The translations under genes and the position numbers were made by a program. The notes below the pieces were generated by a model. That model was not told the DNA's origin and searched no databases. It worked only from the letters and a program-made list of their open reading frames with translations. DNA of 64,000 bases, taken from NCBI GenBank assembly GCA_910584075.1, contig CAJTZI010000005.1:958-64957 (forward strand), in the 5' to 3' direction. Positions 22,619-31,005 of this stretch are shown one piece after another (position 1 is the stretch's first letter; the number at the start of each line of letters is the position of its first letter). Origin of the DNA: an uncultured Oscillibacter sp. Lineage in GTDB: Bacteria > Bacillota > Clostridia > Oscillospirales > Oscillospiraceae.

Positions 22619-24577
22619 ATGAAAAATGCCATTATCCTTTACCAGAACGATGAAAATCAGGAGGTTATCGACTTCCTGAAAAAGAGCTTTGAAGAGGTCT
22701 TTGACCAGTACATCACCTTTACAAACGTCTTTCTCAACCGCCTGGATTCCCGGGCGGCGCTGGCGGCAGACGCCTATCTGGTTTGGGAGAGCGGCATCCT
22801 CCAGGAGGTCAAGGACCTTGTGGAGGACTTCTCCAAGGTCATCATGGTCACCCGCAGCCCGGCCCGGGAATCTCTGAACCTGATCTCCGCCATCCCTGCG
22901 GGCACCAACGTGCTGCTGGTGAACGACTCCTACGAGACAGCGCTGGAAACCGTACACGCCTTTTATGAGATCGGCGTCAGCCACATCAATCTGATCCCCT
23001 ACGACAGCGCCTTGACCCGCACCGGAATCTACGACCAGATCACCGTGGCGGTTACCCCTTCGGAGCCCCATCTGGTGCCTCCCCACATCAGACAGGTGAT
23101 CGACATCGGCTACCGCAAGGTGGGCTTTGACACCATGTTCAAACTCATGCAGCTGCTGGACCTGGACGTAGGCATCATCAATCGGAATCTCCAGCGGCAC
23201 ATTTACTCCGTTGTGGAGCCCAACGAGGGCTTTCACTCCAACTATATCTACGGCTACCTGAAATCGGAGATGCTGAGCCGGGTGGTGGACGCCAGTGAAA
23301 ATGGGATGCTGCTGACAGACGCCGCCTATCAGCCGGTATACGCCAACCGGCTGGCCCTGAAGATCTTCCGGGCGGACAACAAAAGCCAGATCCGCATTGC
23401 CGGACACATCCCGGAGGAGGTGCTGAATGCCCAGGACCACTCCGAGGAGCCGGTGATCATCGAGGGAGAGGCCTACGGCTACGAGAAAAATCCCATCCGC
23501 CTCATGGACGACGTGGCGGGCTACTACTTCATTCTCCAGGACTACGCCAAAGCCAAGGCCCAGAGCCGAAGCGCCCGGCAGGCGGGCTTTACGGCAAAGT
23601 ACACCTTTAAGGACATTCTCTGCAAATCCCCTGAGATGTCCCAGCTCATCGACACCGCCCGGCAGATCGCCGCCGCGGACGACACCGTGATGATCTGCGG
23701 CGAGAGCGGAACCGGCAAGGAACTGCTGGCCCAGTCCATCCACAACGCCTCCTCCCGCCGCAATGCCCCCTTCATCGCCATCAACTGCGCGGCTCTGCCG
23801 GACTCCCTGCTGGAGAGCGAACTCTTCGGCTATGAGCCGGGCTCCTTCACCGGGGCCAGCAGCCGGGGGCGGAAGGGCCTCTTTGAGCTGGCCATGCACG
23901 GCACGGTTCTGCTGGACGAGATCGGGGAGATCTCCCCCAAATTCCAAGCCAGTTTTCTCCGGGCCCTCCAGGAGCGGCAGATCATCCGGGTGGGCGGCAA
24001 GGAGCTGATCGACATCGACGTGCGCTTCATCACCGCCACCAACCGGGACCTCCGCCAGCAGGTCAAGGACGGCGCCTTCCGCAGCGACCTGTTCTTCCGG
24101 CTCAACGTGTTTCCCCTGTCCATCCCGCCTCTGCGCCGCCGGAAGGCGGACATTGACGTCCTTTTGAAAAACTTCCTCCGGCAGGACTACCGCTCCATCA
24201 CCTCGGAGGAATTCGCCCTGCTGGACCAGTACGCCTGGCCAGGGAATGTGCGGGAGCTGGAAAACGTCTGCACTTTCTACCGAACCATGCACCGATTTCC
24301 GGACTATCTGTTCAGCGGTACGGAAGCCGCTCCTCCGAAAAAGGAGGCCATCCATCTGGAGGTCCTGCGGCTCATTGGGGAAAACACCCGGCTCTCCCAC
24401 GGCATCGGACGGACAAACCTGATCTATCAGCTGCGAAACCGCAATCGCCAAATCAGCGACCATCAGCTCCGCCTGCTTCTGGAGGAGCTGCGGCAGCAGG
24501 GACTGGTCACCATCCGCCCGGGCCGCTGCGGCGCCCAGATTACAGAGCGGGGCACCGCCCTTCTGCGGAATTCATGA
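22619..24577 (+). CDS. sigma54-dependent enhancer-binding activator
   Basis: GESGTGKE, ESELFG, GSFTGA, LDEIGE, WPGNVREL; PAS-like middle region; winged-helix-like C-terminus. Confidence 0.95.
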   Translation: MKNAIILYQNDENQEVIDFLKKSFEEVFDQYITFTNVFLNRLDSRAALAADAYLVWESGILQEVKDLVEDFSKVIMVTRSPARESLNLISAIPAGTNVLLVNDSYETALETVHAFYEIGVSHINLIPYDSALTRTGIYDQITVAVTPSEPHLVPPHIRQVIDIGYRKVGFDTMFKLMQLLDLDVGIINRNLQRHIYSVVEPNEGFHSNYIYGYLKSEMLSRVVDASENGMLLTDAAYQPVYANRLALKIFRADNKSQIRIAGHIPEEVLNAQDHSEEPVIIEGEAYGYEKNPIRLMDDVAGYYFILQDYAKAKAQSRSARQAGFTAKYTFKDILCKSPEMSQLIDTARQIAAADDTVMICGESGTGKELLAQSIHNASSRRNAPFIAINCAALPDSLLESELFGYEPGSFTGASSRGRKGLFELAMHGTVLLDEIGEISPKFQASFLRALQERQIIRVGGKELIDIDVRFITATNRDLRQQVKDGAFRSDLFFRLNVFPLSIPPLRRRKADIDVLLKNFLRQDYRSITSEEFALLDQYAWPGNVRELENVCTFYRTMHRFPDYLFSGTEAAPPKKEAIHLEVLRLIGENTRLSHGIGRTNLIYQLRNRNRQISDHQLRLLLEELRQQGLVTIRPGRCGAQITERGTALLRNS

Positions 24578-24751
24578 CAGCCAGCAAGCCGCTGTCTTAC
24601 GAACAACAGGCCGCCTCCGGCGGCCCATTGTCTGCGGTCTTTGAATCCCGCCGATGGATAAAACGAGATAAAAATAGGATATAATGGGATTATTTGTCCA
24701 GGCTTTCTTTGAAAATTCCCGGAAAATGCCGGACAGACCGTTCCATTTTCC

Positions 24752-24767
24752 TGGCACAGTTTTTGCA
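24752..24767 (+). promoter_or_regulatory. sigma54 -24/-12 promoter
   Basis: TGGCACAGTTTTTGCA upstream of the deacylase. Confidence 0.9.
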
Positions 24768-24825
24768 TTGCATGATCGGTCAGCATCAATCACAGCAAAA
24801 AAGCGTGACAGGAGGAAATCGCATC

Positions 24826-26406
24826 ATGTACGACCTGGTGATCCAAAATGTCCGGGTGATCGACGGCTCCTCCGCCCCCTGGTTCCGAGGCTGGGTGGGC
24901 ATGAGGGACGGCGTCATCGCCGCCGTGGGAACCGGCAGACCTCCGCAAGACGCCCGGGAGACAGTGGACGGAGAGGACCGGTATCTCACCCCCGGCTTCA
25001 TCGACATCCACTCCCACAGCGACGTCAGCCTGCCGGCGTGCCCCACGGCGGAGAGCCGGATTCTCCAGGGCATCACCACGGAGATCGGCGGGGACTGCGG
25101 CATCTCCGCCGCTCCGGTGAGCCGGGACCCGGTGCGGAAGCAGCAGCTCCGAGACTACGTGGGCGGCCTGGAGTATAACTGGGAGGGCGTCGGGGACTAC
25201 CTGGATCTGCTGGAGGCCAAGCGGACCAGCGCCAACTTCGGCACCGCCGTGGGCCACGGCACCATCCGCGTGGCGGCCATGGGGTTTGACGCCCGCGAGC
25301 CAGCCCCGGCGGAGATGGAAGCTATGAAGGCCATGCTCCGGCAGTCCCTGAAGGAGGGCGCCTTCTGCCTCTCCAGCGGCCTGATCTATCCCCCGGGGTG
25401 CTACGCCGGTACGGACGAGCTGGTGGAGCTGTGCCGGGAGCTGGTGCCCTACGGCGCGTTCTACGAGACCCACATGCGGGACGAGGGCGAGCACGTGGTA
25501 GAGGCCGTGAGGGAGGCTCTGGAGATCTGTGAACGCTCCGGTGCGCCGCTGCAGATCGCCCACCACAAGGTAACCCGCAAGAGCGTCTGGCAGGTCCACT
25601 GCAAAACCACCATCGCCCTGGTGGACCAGGCCCGCCGCCGGGGGCTGGACGTGAAGCTGGACCAGTACCCATACAGCGCCTCCGCCACCACTCTGGACAG
25701 CAACGCCCCCCTCTGGGCCTTTGAAGGCGGCGTGGAGCGCCTGCTGGCCCGGCTCCAGGACCCGGAGCTCCGGCCCCGCATTAACGCCGAGGCCAACGCC
25801 AGCCATGCAGGCCGCTGGGGGGACATCTACATCCCCTATGTATCCACGGAGAAGAACCAGTGGACTGTGGGCAAATCCATCTTGGAGATTGCCGGGATCC
25901 GGGGCGTGGACCCCGCCGATGCCTGCTTCGATCTGATCGTGGAGGAGCGGTGCCGGGTGGGTGAGGTCAACTACGGGATGTGCGAAGAGGACATTGCGTA
26001 TATCATGTCCCAGCCCTACACCATGATCGGCTCCGACGGCGAGGCCGCCTCCCTGGACCACGGCGGCCAGCCCCACCCCAGGTGGTACGGCACCTTCCCC
26101 CGGGTGATCGCAAGATACTGCCGGGAGCGGAAGCTGTTCCCCCTGGAGACCGCCATTTTCAAGATGACGGGCCTGCCCGCCTGCCGCCTGGGCCTTCAGG
26201 ACCGGGGGCTGATCCGGGAGGGGATGCAGGCGGATCTGGTGCTCTTCGACTTTGACGAGATCGAGGACACCCCTACTTACGAAAATCCGAAGCAGCCCTG
26301 CCGGGGCATCCGCCGCGTCTACGTCAACGGCGCACTGACGGCTCTGGACGGTGTCCACACCGGGGCTAGAAACGGCCATATACTGAGAAAAGGAAGGAAC
26401 GCATGA
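24826..26406 (+). CDS. N-acyl-D-amino-acid deacylase (D-aminoacylase family)
   Basis: PGFIDIHSHSD, GGDCG, THMRDE, GSDG, HPRWYGTFPR. Confidence 0.93.
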   Translation: MYDLVIQNVRVIDGSSAPWFRGWVGMRDGVIAAVGTGRPPQDARETVDGEDRYLTPGFIDIHSHSDVSLPACPTAESRILQGITTEIGGDCGISAAPVSRDPVRKQQLRDYVGGLEYNWEGVGDYLDLLEAKRTSANFGTAVGHGTIRVAAMGFDAREPAPAEMEAMKAMLRQSLKEGAFCLSSGLIYPPGCYAGTDELVELCRELVPYGAFYETHMRDEGEHVVEAVREALEICERSGAPLQIAHHKVTRKSVWQVHCKTTIALVDQARRRGLDVKLDQYPYSASATTLDSNAPLWAFEGGVERLLARLQDPELRPRINAEANASHAGRWGDIYIPYVSTEKNQWTVGKSILEIAGIRGVDPADACFDLIVEERCRVGEVNYGMCEEDIAYIMSQPYTMIGSDGEAASLDHGGQPHPRWYGTFPRVIARYCRERKLFPLETAIFKMTGLPACRLGLQDRGLIREGMQADLVLFDFDEIEDTPTYENPKQPCRGIRRVYVNGALTALDGVHTGARNGHILRKGRNA

Positions 26407-27185
26407 TGAGCGCCAAGAAACGCATTTTGGAGGAGATCAAGACCTTCCCCGGCCAGTCCGGCATCTACTATCAGAACCTGGAGACCGGCGAGACCTGGGG
26501 GTACGGGGAAAAGGCCTCCTATCTTGCCGCCAGCATTGTGAAGCTGCCGCTGATGGCCGCCATTCTCCTGTGGAAATCCAGGGGAGAGACCAGCTTTGAC
26601 GACAAGGTGACCATCCGGGAGGACCAGAAAATCCCCGGCTGCGGCGCGGTGCAGTTTCTCAACGGCGACGTGACGCTGACTGTGGGCAAGCTGTGCAAGC
26701 TGATGATCGTCATCAGCGACAGCTGCGCCACCAACGCCCTCTTCCGCCACTACGGCGCCGAGGCCATCCGCCAGGCGTTTTTGGAGCTGGGGCTCACCGG
26801 CACGCAGTTCAACCGGGAGTACTGGGACGAGGAGCGGGAAAAGCAGGGCATCAACAACTACTTCGTACCCGAGGAGATGGGCGGACTGCTGCGGCGGATG
26901 TATGACCGCACTCTGGTGGACAGGGAGTCCTCGGATTGGCTGGAGGACATCCTGCGCCAGCAGCAGATCAACCACAAGCTGGGTGGAAAGCTGCCCATGG
27001 ACTTCCCCATGGCCCACAAGACCGGCGATGAGGAGGACAAGGCCCACGACGTGGGCATTGTCTTCACCAAGTCCCCCTTCATCGCCTGCTTCGCCTACGT
27101 GGGCCCCCATATGCAGGACTACGAGGATTTCATCCGCCGCGCCGCCCGGATGCTGGCGGACGAAAACGGCGGCGTGGATATGTAG
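26403..27185 (+). CDS. Cytoplasmic serine hydrolase, class A beta-lactamase-like fold
   Basis: AASIVK (SxxK), SDS in place of SDN, HKTG; no signal peptide. Confidence 0.88.
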   Translation: MMSAKKRILEEIKTFPGQSGIYYQNLETGETWGYGEKASYLAASIVKLPLMAAILLWKSRGETSFDDKVTIREDQKIPGCGAVQFLNGDVTLTVGKLCKLMIVISDSCATNALFRHYGAEAIRQAFLELGLTGTQFNREYWDEEREKQGINNYFVPEEMGGLLRRMYDRTLVDRESSDWLEDILRQQQINHKLGGKLPMDFPMAHKTGDEEDKAHDVGIVFTKSPFIACFAYVGPHMQDYEDFIRRAARMLADENGGVDM

Positions 27186-27214
27186 GCCCCCCTGCGCCAT
27201 TTCCCTCATCCTTT

Positions 27215-27247
27215 GGGCGTTCCCCCACGGGGGGACGCCCGTTTTTT
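27215..27247 (+). terminator. Intrinsic terminator
   Basis: GGGCGTTCCCC...GGGGGACGCCC followed by a T tract. Confidence 0.8.
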
Positions 27248-27267
27248 GCCTTTCAGGCGGGCCGGCG

Positions 27268-27296
27268 GCATAATCCGGACGGGCCTCTCATAGAAT
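27268..27296 (+). promoter_or_regulatory. Candidate sigmaE-type sporulation promoter
   Basis: GCATA-N16-CATAGAAT. Confidence 0.55.
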
Positions 27297-27315
27297 ACAG
27301 CATCACAACCGAGAG

Positions 27316-27945
27316 GTGGAAGACATGACAACTCAAATCCGGAACGAGGTGCTGCTGGAGGGCGTTGCCCTGGAGACGCCCTCCCTGTCCCATGAAAACC
27401 ACAGCACCCGCTTTTACCGCTTTCCGCTCCAGGTGCCCCGGCTGTCCGGCCAGGTGGACATCCTGCCCGTTCTGCTACCGGAGCCCATGCTGGCCCAGGT
27501 GACTGTGGGGGCGGACCTCCGTGTCCAGGGACAGCTCCGCTCCTTTAATAACCGCAGCGGCGTGGGAAGCCGCCTGGTGCTGACGGTGTACAGCCAACAC
27601 CTCGCCCCCGGACTGGACGAACCCTGCAACCAGATCCTTCTCTCCGGCACGCTTTGCAAGCCGCCGGTATTTCGCCGCACGCCCCTGGGCCGCAGCATCT
27701 GTGACCTCATGCTGGCCGCCCCACGAAAATACGGCCGGGCGGACTACCTGCCCGTGATCGCCTGGGGCCAGCTGGCAGTGCGCGCCGGACGGCTCCAGGT
27801 GGGCGACCCCCTGGCCCTGGAGGGCCGGGTCCAGAGCCGTACATACCACAAGGTCACAGACCTGGGCACCGAGGAGCGGGTGGCCTACGAGGTATCCATG
27901 ATGCACCTGCTGGACACGGCGCCGACTGCAGAGCCGGAGCTGTGA
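27316..27945 (+). CDS. Tandem-OB single-stranded DNA-binding protein (clostridial SSB paralog)
   Basis: Two OB repeats: VPRLSGQVD...GQLRSFN and RRTPLGRSICD...DYLPVIAWG...GRVQSRTY. Confidence 0.88.
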   Translation: MEDMTTQIRNEVLLEGVALETPSLSHENHSTRFYRFPLQVPRLSGQVDILPVLLPEPMLAQVTVGADLRVQGQLRSFNNRSGVGSRLVLTVYSQHLAPGLDEPCNQILLSGTLCKPPVFRRTPLGRSICDLMLAAPRKYGRADYLPVIAWGQLAVRAGRLQVGDPLALEGRVQSRTYHKVTDLGTEERVAYEVSMMHLLDTAPTAEPEL

Positions 27946-27985
27946 CAAAACGGCGCCCGAAGACCTGTCTCCGGGCGCCGTCTCA

Positions 27986-28507
27986 CTATTTTGTGGGAAA
28001 ACCGAAGGTATCCCGCATGGCGAAGAGGAACCGCAAGAAACCGTCGGGATACGGGATGAAGCTGCCCTCCTCCGCCATGGCCTCCGCCTCCTCCTCCGTC
28101 ACGTAGCGGACCTCCGCCACCTCCTCCTTCTGCAGCACCAGGGAGGAGAGGTCCAGGTCCTTTTGAATGATGAAAAAGTCGTCAAATCCGCCGTCAAAGT
28201 TCACTGTCACCGACTGGCGCAGGTTTCCCAGGTCCAGCGGATACCCCAGCTCCTCCCGGAACTCCCGCTCCGCCGCCTGACGGCTGGTCTCTCCGGCGTC
28301 CACGCCGCCGCCCACAGACACGTCCCAACGATCCGGCCAGATTCTTTTCTCCGCCGTTCTTTGCTGGACCAGCAGCCGCCCCCGGCTGTCAAAGGCGCAG
28401 ACATGAACCACCAAACGGTATTCCCCCGGCCCCTTGGGAGCGTGGCGCTCCGCGGTGCGGCCCAGGGGGATGCGGTTTTCATCGTACAGATCCACCAGTT
28501 CCATCAT
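27986..28507 (-). CDS. NUDIX hydrolase (Idi/YfcD-like)
   Basis: GGVDAGETSRQAAEREFREELG Nudix box. Confidence 0.9.
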   Translation of the reverse strand: MMELVDLYDENRIPLGRTAERHAPKGPGEYRLVVHVCAFDSRGRLLVQQRTAEKRIWPDRWDVSVGGGVDAGETSRQAAEREFREELGYPLDLGNLRQSVTVNFDGGFDDFFIIQKDLDLSSLVLQKEEVAEVRYVTEEEAEAMAEEGSFIPYPDGFLRFLFAMRDTFGFPTK

Positions 28508-28516
28508 ATTTTCCCC

Positions 28517-28690
28517 TCACTGTCTGGAGGCGGTCTTGTAGTCGCCGCCGGGGCGGTAGAAGGGGCAGGCGGTGCCGGTCCCCTTCAAAAACCGCTCCAT
28601 CTCATCCTCATCCAGATCCATAGTGCAGACAAAGGCCTCCAGCTCCTGGTCATAGTCATAGTAGACACAGTCCTCGCAGATATTGGACAT
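28517..28690 (-). CDS. 57-aa Cys-containing protein, DUF6472-like
   Basis: Manual translation MSNICEDCVYYDYDQELEAFVCTMDLDEDEMERFLKGTGTACPFYRPGGDYKTASRQ; SD GAGGTG; below the ORF-track size cutoff. Confidence 0.8.
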   Translation of the reverse strand: MSNICEDCVYYDYDQELEAFVCTMDLDEDEMERFLKGTGTACPFYRPGGDYKTASRQ

Positions 28691-28703
28691 CCTGCATCAC
28701 CTC

Positions 28704-28940
28704 TCAGATGATAATAGCATAGATTCCGTCCGCGTCCAAGTGTTTTTTCACCACCAGCTCCTCCAGGGCCCTCCGGGCCTCCGGCGGAGCGGCCCAGCAC
28801 ATGCCGCACCCGGCAGTAACAGCCCGGGGCACCGGGATCAGCCGCCCGGGAAGGCCCGCCTCCCTGCACGCCCCCTCCATGGCCATGGCCCCGGCAGTAG
28901 TGCGGAAGGTCACCACACACCTCTCCGTCCGCTCCCTCAC
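28704..28940 (-). CDS. DUF3343-family protein
   Basis: VVTFRTTAGAMAME...LIPVPRAVTAGCG; GTG start overlaps the upstream TGA. Confidence 0.8.
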   Translation of the reverse strand: MRERTERCVVTFRTTAGAMAMEGACREAGLPGRLIPVPRAVTAGCGMCWAAPPEARRALEELVVKKHLDADGIYAIII

Positions 28941-30082
28941 CGCCGCGCCTCCGCCGCCAGGACGCAGACGGCCTCCGCCGCAGCGTCTGTCTCCTCCTCC
29001 GTATTGGCCCAGCCCCAGGAGAAGCGGACCGCCCCCTGCTCTGCGGTCCCCAGCGCCCGGTGAAGCCGGGGGGCGCAGTGGGCCCCAGGCCGGGTGGCAA
29101 TCCCAAACCGTTCCGCCAGCTCGTCGGAGACCTCCGAGGAGTCCAGACCGCCGATATTCAGCGTGACGATGGGGGCCCGCTCCGCCGCTGAGAAATCCCC
29201 GTACACCTTCACGCCGGGAAGGCCACGGACGGCCTCGTAAAACCGCCGGGCCAAACCGCACTCATGGGCACGGACCGCGTCCCGGCCCGTCCGCTCCAGG
29301 TACTCCAGGGCAGCCCCCAGCCCGGCGATCCCGTGACTGTTGAGGGTCCCCGCCTCCAGGCGGGTGGGCCACTCCTCCGGCTGGCTCTCCAGAAAGCTCT
29401 GGACGCCGGTGCCGCCCACCAGACAGGGACGGATGTCCACTCCCTCCCTGACGCACAGTCCCCCGGTGCCCTGGGGCCCCAGCAGGCTCTTGTGACCGGT
29501 AAAGCACACCACGTCGATATTCCGGGCCTCCATATCGATGGGAAAGGTGCCCGCCGTTTGGGAGGCGTCCAGAATGAACAGCAGCCTATGTGCGCGGGCA
29601 AAGGCTCCCACCCGCGCAAGATCCGCCAGATCCCCCGTCAGGTTGGAGGCGTGGGTGCAGACCACCGCCTTTGTATGGGGCCGCAGAAGCCCCTCCAGGC
29701 CGCCATAGTCCAGCCGCCCCTGCCGGTCCGCCGGCAGGAAGTCCAGACCCATCCCACGGTCCCGCAGGCGGTACAGGGGACGGAGAACGGAGTTGTGCTC
29801 CCAGTCCGTGGAGATCACATGGTCCCCCGGCCCCAGCAGCCCGCCGATGACAATATTCAGCGCGGCGGTGGAGTTGGGTGCAAAGGCCACATGGTCTGCC
29901 CGGGGACAGCCGAACCACTCCGCCAGCTTCTGCCGGACGCCGTATACCGTCCGGGCGGCGGAGAGGGCGTCCTCGTGGACGCCACGGCCGCTGTTGCCGT
30001 AAGACTGCATGGCCTCCGACACCGCCTCCGTCACGCCGGGGGGCTTTGGGCGGGTGGTGGCGGCATTGTCCAGGTAGATCAC
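28937..30082 (-). CDS. Class V PLP cysteine desulfurase/selenocysteine lyase-like protein
   Basis: YLDNAATT, EHNSV, DASQ, GHK, RPGAHCA. Confidence 0.92.
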   Translation of the reverse strand: MIYLDNAATTRPKPPGVTEAVSEAMQSYGNSGRGVHEDALSAARTVYGVRQKLAEWFGCPRADHVAFAPNSTAALNIVIGGLLGPGDHVISTDWEHNSVLRPLYRLRDRGMGLDFLPADRQGRLDYGGLEGLLRPHTKAVVCTHASNLTGDLADLARVGAFARAHRLLFILDASQTAGTFPIDMEARNIDVVCFTGHKSLLGPQGTGGLCVREGVDIRPCLVGGTGVQSFLESQPEEWPTRLEAGTLNSHGIAGLGAALEYLERTGRDAVRAHECGLARRFYEAVRGLPGVKVYGDFSAAERAPIVTLNIGGLDSSEVSDELAERFGIATRPGAHCAPRLHRALGTAEQGAVRFSWGWANTEEETDAAAEAVCVLAAEARR

Positions 30083-30693
30083 GGCTTAATCACCCTGGAC
30101 GCCCCCGCCAGCTTCTCCACAATGGCGTACATATTAGTGGCGGAGCCCACCGCCAATCTTTCTGTCAGGCCGTAGAAGTTCAGGCAGGTGCCGCAGGTGA
30201 GGATCTCCACCCCTTGGGACTCCAGGCTTTTCAGGTCCTCCAGAGAATCAGAGCCCTCCACGGTCAGCTTCGCGCCGCCGTTGTAGAAAAGCATGGTCTC
30301 CGGCAGGCGGGGCAGCTGGGTGACAGCGAAGAGAAAGCCCTTCATCAATGTCCTGCCCAGGTCCTCACTGCCCCGCCCCATGACGTCAGTGTCCACCGCT
30401 ACCAGCAGCCCGCCGCCCGCCGGCGCGCAGACCAGCTCCGGCTCCTCCAGCGGGACCTCGCCAACCGGGGCAGGCACTTCCACGGCAACCACGTACGCTC
30501 CCTCCCCTGTCTTCTCCCATCGGGCCGTCAGGTTGTGTCCCGCGGCCATCCGGGTCAGGTTCTGCACGGCAATCTCGTTGTCCACATGGACCTCCAGCGT
30601 CCCGGGCTCCCGCATCTCCTGCAGTGCCCGGGCGGCCTTCACCACCGGGATGGGGCACTGCTCTCCTACGGCATTTACCACAACTGTGCGCAT
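30079..30693 (-). CDS. yedF: Selenium metabolism sulfurtransferase YedF-like (TusA + DsrE domains)
   Basis: CPIPVV TusA motif; MGRGSEDLGRTLMKGF; CGTCLNFY. Confidence 0.88.
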   Translation of the reverse strand: MRTVVVNAVGEQCPIPVVKAARALQEMREPGTLEVHVDNEIAVQNLTRMAAGHNLTARWEKTGEGAYVVAVEVPAPVGEVPLEEPELVCAPAGGGLLVAVDTDVMGRGSEDLGRTLMKGFLFAVTQLPRLPETMLFYNGGAKLTVEGSDSLEDLKSLESQGVEILTCGTCLNFYGLTERLAVGSATNMYAIVEKLAGASRVIKP

Positions 30694-30848
30694 AACCGTC
30701 TCCTCCTTATGTTGTTTCCTGTCCATTGTACCGCGGGAGAGGCAAAATTACAAGGGTTGTTTTTTCAAAAACATCACGGCTGAACTGGGGGAAATTCACT
30801 GTCGGTTAATCGATTTCTAACAGGGATTTTGTTTTTTTGCAAAAGTTC

Positions 30849-30877
30849 TTGACAGCGATTCCCTCAGGCGGTATATT
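30849..30877 (+). promoter_or_regulatory. sigmaA promoter for pfkA
   Basis: TTGACA-N17-TATATT. Confidence 0.7.
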
Positions 30878-31005
30878 CGAATACGGAGGAGTTGGGCGCT
30901 CCCTCTCTCCTGCTGCCACAGGGGCGATCCCACATCATCCAAGACCGCATTTCAAGGCCGAGGTGCGCCACGGGATCTGCGGTCAAATAAACGGGAGGTT
31001 ATCTT

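Noticed and set aside
28704-30693. Selenocysteine recoding in the yedF operon
   Set aside because: Key positions are Cys codons, and the TGA stops sit at normal C-termini or gene overlaps.
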